Shown here in pieces: positions 36,546-44,825 of a stretch of 64,000 nt of DNA. Below the pieces are notes generated by a model, which was given only the letters and a program-made list of their open reading frames with translations, was not told the DNA's origin and searched no databases. Where the stretch lies: contig JAGREE010000005.1 of the NCBI GenBank assembly GCA_020446675.1, positions 90,637 to 154,636 on the forward strand. The letters run 5' to 3'. Every line of letters begins with the position of its first letter. Within the stretch, counting starts at the first letter, position 1. This stretch comes from Alphaproteobacteria bacterium (lineage in GTDB: Bacteria > Pseudomonadota > Alphaproteobacteria > Sphingomonadales > Emcibacteraceae). The position numbers and the translations under genes are program-made.

Positions 36546-37850
36546 ATGTCATTGGATTTGCCGGAAAATAAAACAATCGGCCTTTGGGGTATTGTCTTTA
36601 CCATCACGGGATTTGTCGTCGGTGTATCAATTTTCATTTTACCTGCAAATTTAATAGAAATTGCCGGTCCGGCCGTTCTCTTAGCTTACGCGATTGCCGG
36701 GGCAATGGCCATTGTGACCTGTTTTGCCACAGCACAAATTGGCACACTGATGCCCGCAGAGGGGGGGACTTATATCGCCATTTCAAAACTCATGTCCCCT
36801 TATTTTGGTTTTTTGGCCGTTTTTGTACTTCTCTGTGCCGTGGTGCTGGTTAATTCATTCGTTGGCTATGGCTTTGCCGATTATATTGTTTATTTTTTTC
36901 CGGACCTTAACAAAAATCTGGCCGCTACGACTGTGGTGTTATTTTTTGGTCTGGTTAATATTTCAGGATCTGACCTGGTTATTAAAATTCAGGGTGTTTT
37001 GGTTATTCTCTTTCTGATTATGCTCAGTATTTTTATCATCAGCGGACTGCCCCATTTTGAAATAAATAATTTAAAGCCTTTTATGCCGAATGGAATGGGG
37101 GCGGTGTTTGAGGCTGCGGCACTTGGGTATTTTTCCTTTGCGGGATTTATTTCCCTTCTTGAATTTGGCGGGGAAATAAAAAAACCGTCCGTTAATATTC
37201 CGATCGGACTGGGGATCAGTTTCATAATCGTTTTTGCCTCTTATGGTGGTGTATCACTGGTGTTAAGTGGGATTGATACGGTGGATAATTTTGAAGGAAT
37301 GGTAACACCGGTTCTTGAAGTGGCAAGAACGTTTCTGCCAGAATGGCTTATTTCCGCCTTGGTCTTATCAATTATAGCGGCCGCGGCAACCACAGTGAAC
37401 GGGCTTATTCTCGGCTATTCACGGGATATATTTGTCATTGCCGAAGCGAATATATTTCCCAAAATTTTTGCCAGGAGATCAAAAAAATTTAATACGCCCG
37501 TATACGCAATTATGGCCTATACATTGCTGAGTATAGCGGCCATTCAGACAGGAAGCGATATAACAAATTTTGCATTGGTTGCTGTTATGGGCCTGCTTAT
37601 ACAGCAGCTGTTTATTGCCATTAGTTTATTTCGTGTACCCGCTGTTATGGGAAGTGACTATGAAAAGGCCGAATTCAAACTTAAAAAATGGGTGATAAAT
37701 TTAGTATCAATATTGTTATTTGTCATTTCGGCCGGATTTATTGCAAAAATGGTTTCAGATAAGCCGGCGTTTGGTTTAATAATTTTGGCAGTGTTAGGGC
37801 TTGGCAGTCTCTATTACTACGGTATTCTTAATAAGAGGAATAAGGAATGA
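36546..37850 (+). CDS. APC-superfamily amino acid/polyamine permease
   Basis: 434 aa with about 12 TM segments and an N-terminal GLWGIVFTITGFVVGVSIF segment typical of the APC family. Confidence 0.82.
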   Translation: MSLDLPENKTIGLWGIVFTITGFVVGVSIFILPANLIEIAGPAVLLAYAIAGAMAIVTCFATAQIGTLMPAEGGTYIAISKLMSPYFGFLAVFVLLCAVVLVNSFVGYGFADYIVYFFPDLNKNLAATTVVLFFGLVNISGSDLVIKIQGVLVILFLIMLSIFIISGLPHFEINNLKPFMPNGMGAVFEAAALGYFSFAGFISLLEFGGEIKKPSVNIPIGLGISFIIVFASYGGVSLVLSGIDTVDNFEGMVTPVLEVARTFLPEWLISALVLSIIAAAATTVNGLILGYSRDIFVIAEANIFPKIFARRSKKFNTPVYAIMAYTLLSIAAIQTGSDITNFALVAVMGLLIQQLFIAISLFRVPAVMGSDYEKAEFKLKKWVINLVSILLFVISAGFIAKMVSDKPAFGLIILAVLGLGSLYYYGILNKRNKE

Positions 37851-38665
37851 TCCTGAGCAATAAAGAAAAGCAAATATACGCCCTTGATGGTGTTGTGAAA
37901 GTGAGCGATGCTTTTGACCCTAAATGGGTTGAATTTCTTAGAAACGCCACCGAAGATAATATGAATAATCCCGGTGAAATGGCGGAAGAATATGCAAAAG
38001 CTGAAAATTCCACCCGTTTTTTCGGGGATCAGTATATCTGGACAAGAAATAACGATTTTAAGAAATTTGTGTTTGAAAGTGAGGCGGCAAAGATTGCTGC
38101 CGAACTAATGGGATCATCCAAAATTAACATGTTTTTTGATCACCTGCTCGTTAAGGAACCGGGTTCTGTTGAGCCAACCCCCTGGCATCAGGATGGTCCA
38201 TACTGGAAAATTAAGGGCGAACAGATTTGTTCCATCTGGTTTGCGATGGACGATGTCAGTGAAGAAAATGGCGGTGTACGATATGTTAAAGGATCACACA
38301 GGACAGGCATCAGATACAGACCACAAAGCTTCAGCGGTAAGGGCCATGCCGAATATGGTGAAGCCGGGCTAGAGGTTATGCCTGATATTGACCAAACGGT
38401 GCCTGAAGATCAGATTATATGCTATGATCTCAAACCTGGTGATTGTCTTATTCACCATGCCAATATTATTCACGGCGCACGGGGAAATAAAAGTGCGGCA
38501 ACCCGGCGTCGTGGTTATGCAACCCGCTGGACAGGTGATGATGTGGTCTGGGACCCCAGAAAAGGAACGACTGAAGTGCTGAAAGACCCGGGATTAAAGC
38601 CTGGCGATCCATTGGATAGCGACTTATTCCCCGTTGTCTGGAGGAATAAGTCGTCTGATTGTTAA
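37847..38665 (+). CDS. Phytanoyl-CoA dioxygenase (PhyH) family Fe(II)/2OG oxygenase
   Basis: H-x-D in PWHQDGPYW and distal His in HHANIIHGA, with an RRRGYATRW tail. ATGA overlap with the permease stop. Confidence 0.82.
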   Translation: MILSNKEKQIYALDGVVKVSDAFDPKWVEFLRNATEDNMNNPGEMAEEYAKAENSTRFFGDQYIWTRNNDFKKFVFESEAAKIAAELMGSSKINMFFDHLLVKEPGSVEPTPWHQDGPYWKIKGEQICSIWFAMDDVSEENGGVRYVKGSHRTGIRYRPQSFSGKGHAEYGEAGLEVMPDIDQTVPEDQIICYDLKPGDCLIHHANIIHGARGNKSAATRRRGYATRWTGDDVVWDPRKGTTEVLKDPGLKPGDPLDSDLFPVVWRNKSSDC

Positions 38666-38675
38666 TTTTATGGTC

Positions 38676-39035
38676 TTACATTGGTGGATTGTTTTTTAGA
38701 TCTGCCGCTTTATCCTTCACGGCATCCACAGCATCTTCACCGGCATCTTTAACATCATCGGCCACTTCGCCGGCCTTGTCCATGGCGTCATCCGCCATTT
38801 CACCGGCTTTATCCATGGCTTCATCAGCCATTTCACCGGCCTTGTCGGCAACTTCATCCGCCTTTTGTTTGGCATCATTCATCATAGCATCGGCAGAGCT
38901 GGCAGTGCTTTCTGCTGTTGAGGCAGCCTTATTTTCCATACTACTGTTTGAATTGTTGTCATCGTTGCCACATGACGCTGTCATAAATACGACTGACGAT
39001 AATAGGATAGAATAAATTGTGTTTTTAGTGTTCAT
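38676..39035 (-). CDS. Acidic repeat lipoprotein (11-residue DKAGE-type repeats)
   Basis: GGAGG lies 9 nt upstream of the ATG. Lipobox VFMTASC. The mature part is D/E/A/K-rich with three 11-aa repeats. Confidence 0.75.
   Translation of the reverse strand: MNTKNTIYSILLSSVVFMTASCGNDDNNSNSSMENKAASTAESTASSADAMMNDAKQKADEVADKAGEMADEAMDKAGEMADDAMDKAGEVADDVKDAGEDAVDAVKDKAADLKNNPPM
38763..38861. repeat. Three tandem 33-nt units inside the lipoprotein gene
   Basis: The units are 38763-38795, 38796-38828 and 38829-38861 (CAYTTCRCCGGCYTTRTC...TCATCNGC). They encode ADxxxDKAGEx. Confidence 0.8.
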
Positions 39036-39135
39036 TTAATATTTCCTCCTTCTACAGATAATGAAATAATTTTCGTTATCATGGGAGGATTATAAAGCAA
39101 AATGTGTCAAACTTGTGAAAAATAATTGATATCTT

Positions 39136-39714
39136 CTATTCATACACCAGTTTCCCGTTCTTAACCTTAACTTTTATTTTGGGTATTTTCTCACAGGCCT
39201 GAATAGCTTTTTTAAGTTCGAATAATACATTATTGATGTTATTCGATTGCACAGCAGAAAATAAGGCAATATTCAGGAAGGCAGTAGCAGGCTCAGTTTC
39301 TTCATCATTTCCATAAGTTAAAATACAAGGCACACCATTTTTCATTTGTTGGATTATAAATTTAGCCAGTTTCTTATTATTTTCTATTTTCTTTTTATCA
39401 AGTATAGTAAAACGAAAACCTATTCTTCCAGCAAAAGGTGGGGGAAAATTTTCATCTGCAAATTCAAGAAGAACACCCATTTTGTCGGGACGCCAGCTGT
39501 CATCAAGATCCGGTAAATTGCGCCAGGCGCAAAACCATTTTTGGCAAACATTTGGCCGTGAATTATATATTGAGCAACCACCATTCTTCATTAAGTTTGA
39601 ACATGTGAAATTCGGAGGTTTTACAAATTCAGTGCTGTTGATTGAAAGGATTGTACAGCAAACTGTACATTCACCACATTGACGGTCACTTACGAGATAT
39701 ACTTGCGCCGCCAT
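39136..39714 (-). CDS. YkgJ-family (CxxCxxCC, UPF0153) putative zinc/iron-sulfur protein
   Basis: N-terminal CGECTVCC followed by GGCSIYNSRPNVCQKWFC. It is divergent from the paralogue array and lies in the same AT-rich block. Confidence 0.72.
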   Translation of the reverse strand: MAAQVYLVSDRQCGECTVCCTILSINSTEFVKPPNFTCSNLMKNGGCSIYNSRPNVCQKWFCAWRNLPDLDDSWRPDKMGVLLEFADENFPPPFAGRIGFRFTILDKKKIENNKKLAKFIIQQMKNGVPCILTYGNDEETEPATAFLNIALFSAVQSNNINNVLFELKKAIQACEKIPKIKVKVKNGKLVYE

Positions 39715-39883
39715 TGTTTCAAAACATCCTCAACTCAAATCTGATTGACGAACAAATTCTATATATTGAGCGGGCTTTTGTAAATATCATAAAAATTATT
39801 TCCCGTTAGTATTTTATTGAAGATTTTACTTTAGTTTAGATTACGTCAACAAGTCTTATAGTAAAATGAGTTAGGCAATTTTA

Positions 39884-41050
39884 ATGAAATTATTAAAAAC
39901 AGAAATTTCTGAAGTATCTGAAGATCGAAAACGTATAACAGGTTTTGTAGAATATAATGATGGTTATATTGATGAATACTGGTACGAATATCCTGCTCAT
40001 TTTGATATTACTGATTCTGGAAACCCATGGCTTGCGGCACTTCTTCCTATGGCTGCAACGATAAATGAAGACCTTGAAATATCTTTGCCTATTGATCAAA
40101 GGCTATTGGATGGCGCAAACGATATCATGAGGTTCTGGCATTCCTGGGATAAGAGTACATATATAGTAAAAATAAACGCAGAAAACATTGCAAATGTAGG
40201 AGATAATATTTCAAAAGATGCAGCTTCATTTTTTTCATCCGGCGTTGACGCTTTTTATACGGCATATAACAAACCCAGAGCCAATTATAAAATTCTCATT
40301 CATGGATTTGATCTTTCAATAAATAAAGAAACAGAATTTGAAACCCATTTAAAACGAATTTCAGATGTCGTTAAAAATCTGGGTGAGGAACTTGTTTTCG
40401 TTAAAACAAATATCAGACATACAAGATGGAAGCAAACCAGATGGCAGGCTATTTCACACGGTGCTGCACTTGCCTCAATTGGTTTATTATTTGAAAAGCA
40501 TTTTTCGGAAATATTTATACCCTCAAGTATGGGGGATTATTCGGATTTATATTGTTGGGGGTCTCATCCATTAACCGATCCCTTATATTCAACAAGTAAA
40601 ACAAATATTATCACTGATGGAGACGGTTTAAGTCGGCTAGATAAAATTAAGTTTCTGGCAGATTACGATTATGCCTTAAAGCACCTTCATGTTTGTATTC
40701 GTGGCAAGGATGGAACTGGTCAGGATGAAGTTAATTGCTCGCATTGTGAAAAATGTTATCGAACAATGATCGCGCTTGAACTCGCCAACTGTCTTGAGAA
40801 ATGTGACTTGTTTGATGTGGATAAATATAATTATGAAGAGATTCCTTATATGTTTGTAACTGATGCTTTTACGGCACCTGAGTACCATGAGATGGCTGAA
40901 GAGGCATTGATGCAGAATAAGCTGGAGCTTGCATCGGCAATCTATAAAGCAATAAGGCGTTCAAAACTGATTATCAGGCTTGGGTTTTTAAAGAAAGTTC
41001 CTTTTTTATGGTACATTCCCCATAAGATGATGGAAAATTCCATATATTAA
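39884..41050 (+). CDS. Uncharacterised 388-aa protein, paralogue 1 of 3 (possible PP-loop/QueC-like fold)
   Basis: Intact ORF that aligns without indels to the ORFs at 41126 and 42401. Invariant SSGVDA and C-x13-C-x2-C-x2-C motifs. Conservation with synonymous changes argues for a real gene. Confidence 0.85.
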   Translation: MKLLKTEISEVSEDRKRITGFVEYNDGYIDEYWYEYPAHFDITDSGNPWLAALLPMAATINEDLEISLPIDQRLLDGANDIMRFWHSWDKSTYIVKINAENIANVGDNISKDAASFFSSGVDAFYTAYNKPRANYKILIHGFDLSINKETEFETHLKRISDVVKNLGEELVFVKTNIRHTRWKQTRWQAISHGAALASIGLLFEKHFSEIFIPSSMGDYSDLYCWGSHPLTDPLYSTSKTNIITDGDGLSRLDKIKFLADYDYALKHLHVCIRGKDGTGQDEVNCSHCEKCYRTMIALELANCLEKCDLFDVDKYNYEEIPYMFVTDAFTAPEYHEMAEEALMQNKLELASAIYKAIRRSKLIIRLGFLKKVPFLWYIPHKMMENSIY

Positions 41051-41125
41051 TCTGGATATTAAAATGACCGTCATAAATTTAATTATAAACTTTGATTTAA
41101 ATAATAAAGTACAAGGAATGTCAGA

Positions 41126-42292
41126 ATGGAGTTGATAAGAACCGAAATTTCTGATGTTTCAGCGGATGTAAAGCGCATAACCGGTTTTGTCAGATATAAT
41201 GATGGAAATATAGATGAATATTGGTACGAATATCCATCTCATTTTGAAATTTCCGATACGGGTAACCCATGGCTTGCAGCCTTGCTGCCTATGGCAGCAA
41301 CTATTAACGAAGATCTGATAATATCCCTACCGTTGGATCAAAGACTAATCGATGGTGCCGAGAATATTTTAAGATTTTGGAATGCCTACGATGTAGGCAC
41401 ATCAATAATTTCAATTATACCGTCCGGTGGAGTATGCGTTTTAGATAATTCACCGAAAGATTCAGCAGCATTTTTCTCGTCCGGGGTTGATGCTTTTTAC
41501 ACTGCCTATAATAAACCCAGAGCAAAATATCAAATACTTATTCACGGCTTTGATCTGTCCATTGATAAGAGGGCAGAATTTGAACGACACCTAACGAGAA
41601 TATCCAAAATCAGTAAACAGATGGGTAAAGAACTTGTATCTGTTAGAACAAATATCCGGCAAACCCAGTGGAAGAAAACGCGTTGGCAGGTGGTATCACA
41701 TGGTGCAGCTCTTGCATCGATCGGACTATTATTTGAAAAATATTTCAGAGAAATATTTATTCCATCCAGTTTGAAGAATTTTAGAGATACTTACTGTTGG
41801 GGATCACATCCGGTGACCGACCCATTATTTTCAACAAGTAAATCAAATATAATCACAGATGGTGATGGCCTTAGTCGTTATGAGAAGGTTCAATTTATCA
41901 GCAATCATCAATTGGCTCTGGATAATCTCCATGTCTGTATTCGTGGACGTGATGGATCCGGTCAGGATGAAATAAATTGTTCACATTGTGAAAAATGCTA
42001 TCGAACGATGATTGCATTGGATTTGATAGGGGTACTGGAAAAAGCCAAACTTTTCGATTTAAGTAAGTATAATTATGATGAAATTAGCATGATTTTTCCT
42101 TCCAATGAATCTACTACAGGAAATTACGAAAAATTTATAAAAATTGCAGAGGAAAAAAACAGGCCTGAGATAGCAAATAATATTCGAAAATGTATTAAGC
42201 GATCCAAACTAATAAATTTATTATCTCCATTGGATAAAGTGCCTTTATTGTGGCGCATTCCATACAAAATGATGAATAATTCCATAGATTAA
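41126..42292 (+). CDS. Uncharacterised 388-aa protein, paralogue 2 of 3
   Basis: Same length and motif set as paralogue 1. AAGGA lies about 9 nt upstream of the ATG. It is the most divergent copy. Confidence 0.85.
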   Translation: MELIRTEISDVSADVKRITGFVRYNDGNIDEYWYEYPSHFEISDTGNPWLAALLPMAATINEDLIISLPLDQRLIDGAENILRFWNAYDVGTSIISIIPSGGVCVLDNSPKDSAAFFSSGVDAFYTAYNKPRAKYQILIHGFDLSIDKRAEFERHLTRISKISKQMGKELVSVRTNIRQTQWKKTRWQVVSHGAALASIGLLFEKYFREIFIPSSLKNFRDTYCWGSHPVTDPLFSTSKSNIITDGDGLSRYEKVQFISNHQLALDNLHVCIRGRDGSGQDEINCSHCEKCYRTMIALDLIGVLEKAKLFDLSKYNYDEISMIFPSNESTTGNYEKFIKIAEEKNRPEIANNIRKCIKRSKLINLLSPLDKVPLLWRIPYKMMNNSID

Positions 42293-42400
42293 TTAGTTGT
42301 ATTGAAATGCTGGAAAAATTTTAAAATTAATATTAAGTTAAATCTTATCCCAATAATTTTATCTAAAGTTATATAGAGAATTTTTTAAAAGAAATTTAAA

Positions 42401-43567
42401 ATGGAATTAATTAAAACCGAAATAGCAAATATATCAGAAGGGGTCAAACGTATCACCGGTTTTGTTAGATATGATGATGGTTATATTGATGAATACTGGT
42501 ACGAATATCCGGCCAATTTTGAAATTTCCAACACGGGCAATCCCTGGCTGGTCGCTTTACTTCCCATGGCGTCCACAATAAATGAAGATTTGGTAATTTC
42601 GCTTCCTGTGGATCAACGTCTTGTTGATGGAGCAAATAATATCCAGAGATTTTGGTCCGACTGGAAAATGGGAACGAATATTATAAAAATAAAAGCGGAT
42701 AATATTGCCAAAGTAAACAAAACACTACCTGATAATTCAGCATCGTTTTTTTCTTCGGGCGTTGATGCATTCTTTACCGCCTATAATAAACCAAGAGCAA
42801 AATATAAAATTCTTATTCACGGTTTTGATCTTTCAATATCTAAATCGGAAGAATTTCAGATGCATAGTGAGCGCATATCAAGAGTGGTTAAGGAACTTGG
42901 GCAGGACATTGTCATTGTAAGGACCAATATTCGCCAAACACGATGGGAGAAAACCAGGTGGCAGGCAATTTCTCATGGTGCTGCCTTGGCATCGATAGGG
43001 CTGTTGTTTGAAAATTATTTTGCTGAAATTTTTATCCCATCGAGTGTAAGCACATATTATCAGGTCGGTTGTTGGGGGTCACATCCTGTTACCGATCCGC
43101 TTTTTTCGACAAGCAGAACAAGTTTTATTGATGATGGTGATGGCTTAAACCGATTAGATAAAGTAAAATTTTTGGCAAATTATGATATTGCATTGAAAAA
43201 TCTTCATGTTTGTATTCGTGGTAAAGATGGAACTGGTCAGGATGAGGTTAACTGTTCCCACTGCGAAAAATGTTATCGTACAATGATCGCTTTGGATCTG
43301 GCAGGGTGTCTGGATAAATGCGTTCTATTTGATAAAGAAAAATATAACTATTCTGAAATACCCAATATTTATATAAATGATGTTGGTGAGAATCCGGAAT
43401 ACGAACCAATGGCCAAAGAAGCTTTGCGTCAGAATAATCATGAACTTGCTGCCGCTATTTACAAGGCTATTAGGCGCTCAAAATTGCTTATCAAATTAAA
43501 ACCGTTGGAAAAAATGCCTTTATTATGGCGGATACCATACAATATGCAGGAAAATTCGATTTATTGA
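42401..43567 (+). CDS. Uncharacterised 388-aa protein, paralogue 3 of 3
   Basis: Same length and motif set. It is closest to paralogue 1, for example in the shared C-terminal AIYKAIRRSKL. Confidence 0.85.
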   Translation: MELIKTEIANISEGVKRITGFVRYDDGYIDEYWYEYPANFEISNTGNPWLVALLPMASTINEDLVISLPVDQRLVDGANNIQRFWSDWKMGTNIIKIKADNIAKVNKTLPDNSASFFSSGVDAFFTAYNKPRAKYKILIHGFDLSISKSEEFQMHSERISRVVKELGQDIVIVRTNIRQTRWEKTRWQAISHGAALASIGLLFENYFAEIFIPSSVSTYYQVGCWGSHPVTDPLFSTSRTSFIDDGDGLNRLDKVKFLANYDIALKNLHVCIRGKDGTGQDEVNCSHCEKCYRTMIALDLAGCLDKCVLFDKEKYNYSEIPNIYINDVGENPEYEPMAKEALRQNNHELAAAIYKAIRRSKLLIKLKPLEKMPLLWRIPYNMQENSIY

Positions 43568-43570
43568 TGA

Positions 43571-43604
43571 GGTTCAGATAAATTGCTTTGGTTTATCTGA
43601 AACC
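43571..43604 (+). terminator. Hairpin directly after the third paralogue
   Basis: TTCAGATAAA-9 nt-TTTATCTGAA is a perfect 10-bp stem starting 4 nt after the stop. There is no T-run, so its terminator function is uncertain. Confidence 0.35.
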
Positions 43605-43667
43605 ATGCTACGTCGCGGCCTAATTTTCAATGTTGATCAGATATGTATGAATTCACAACTACACACA

Positions 43668-44825
43668 TTATCCGATTAATTTTTCACCGCAGGCAGGTTC
43701 GCAGATATAAATATCTTCTTTTAGGCCTGTTTTCACATGGTACTGCTGGTTTACTGCTTTTTTCACTTTATCTGTCAAATTTTTAGGGATCAGGGCAATC
43801 ACGCAGCCACCGAAGCCACCACCAGTCATCCTAACACCGCCTTTATCGCCAATTTCATTACTGATTATGTCCACCAGATAATCAATTTCCGGTGTCGTAA
43901 TTTCATAAAGGTCTTTCATTGATAAATGACTTTCTGCCATGAGCTTGGAAATAAGCGGAATATCATTTTTCTTAAGTGCATCGACCATTTTTAAAACCCG
44001 CTCATTTTCCCTAAAAACATGTTCTGCCCGTTTGGAAGCATCACTGGGCAGTTCATTTTTTTTCATCAGAAAAATATCAAGCGACAGATCGCGGAGTGAG
44101 TTAACACCAAACTTATTTGCCACCAGTTCACAGGATTTTCGCCGATCATTATATCCGCTTGTTGAAAGTTCCCTTTTTACATTGGAATTAATAATCATCA
44201 GCGCCAATGAGGGCGGGATCGGTACATGGCTAATTTGATGATCCAGACAGTCAATGAGCAGGGCACAGCTTTCCTCGCCACAAGCGGTGCTGAGCTGATC
44301 CATAATGCCGCAGGAAAGACCGACAAAATCACATTCGATCTGCTGGCCTATCTGCGATATTTCCACCTGTGAAAGTTGGATGTTATTAAGGTCACATAGG
44401 GTATTTAGTACCGCCACCTCCAGGGAAGCGGAGGAGCTAAGCCCGGCCCCTTTTGGAATAGTGCCGCTGATGGTCAGATCACATCCTTTTAGTGAATACC
44501 CCATGCTTTTAAGCATATAAAAAGCGCCGCGGATATAATTTTTCCATTGCTCATCGGTCGGAACAATGTCCTTTTTAAGGTCGAAATGATCCACATCACC
44601 ATCAAAATCAAGCGCGGTGACAGACACCTGGTTTTTATCATTCAATGACCCGGCAACACAGGTAAAAAAATTGATCGAAGCCGGGAGTACGAAACCATTA
44701 TTATAGTCAGTATGTTCCCCGATTAAATTAACCCGCCCCGGTGCAAGGATGACAACTGTTTTTCCCTGACCATGGTTTTTCTGATGGGCGCTGAGCACTT
44801 TTTCTATTAAATGGTCTTTGCTCAT
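43668..44825 (-). CDS. galK: Galactokinase
   Basis: Signature GRVNLIGEHTDYNNGFVLP and GHMP motif PKGAGLSSSASLEV. ATGA overlap with galT. Confidence 0.93.
   Translation of the reverse strand: MSKDHLIEKVLSAHQKNHGQGKTVVILAPGRVNLIGEHTDYNNGFVLPASINFFTCVAGSLNDKNQVSVTALDFDGDVDHFDLKKDIVPTDEQWKNYIRGAFYMLKSMGYSLKGCDLTISGTIPKGAGLSSSASLEVAVLNTLCDLNNIQLSQVEISQIGQQIECDFVGLSCGIMDQLSTACGEESCALLIDCLDHQISHVPIPPSLALMIINSNVKRELSTSGYNDRRKSCELVANKFGVNSLRDLSLDIFLMKKNELPSDASKRAEHVFRENERVLKMVDALKKNDIPLISKLMAESHLSMKDLYEITTPEIDYLVDIISNEIGDKGGVRMTGGGFGGCVIALIPKNLTDKVKKAVNQQYHVKTGLKEDIYICEPACGEKLIG

Noticed and set aside
38659-39015. 118-aa plus-strand Ser/Ala-rich ORF mirroring the acidic lipoprotein gene
   Set aside because: It has no ribosome-binding site and begins inside the PhyH gene's last codons. 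Its openness is explained by the GCN/GAN-rich repeats on the other strand, which does have GGAGG plus a lipobox.
39884-43567. The roughly 1.25-kb periodic repeat, considered as a CRISPR-like array, IS amplification or assembly duplication
   Set aside because: The units are full-length protein genes that have diverged at both synonymous and non-synonymous sites. There are no short direct repeats or spacers, no terminal inverted repeats and no transposase. The degree of divergence excludes an assembly artefact.
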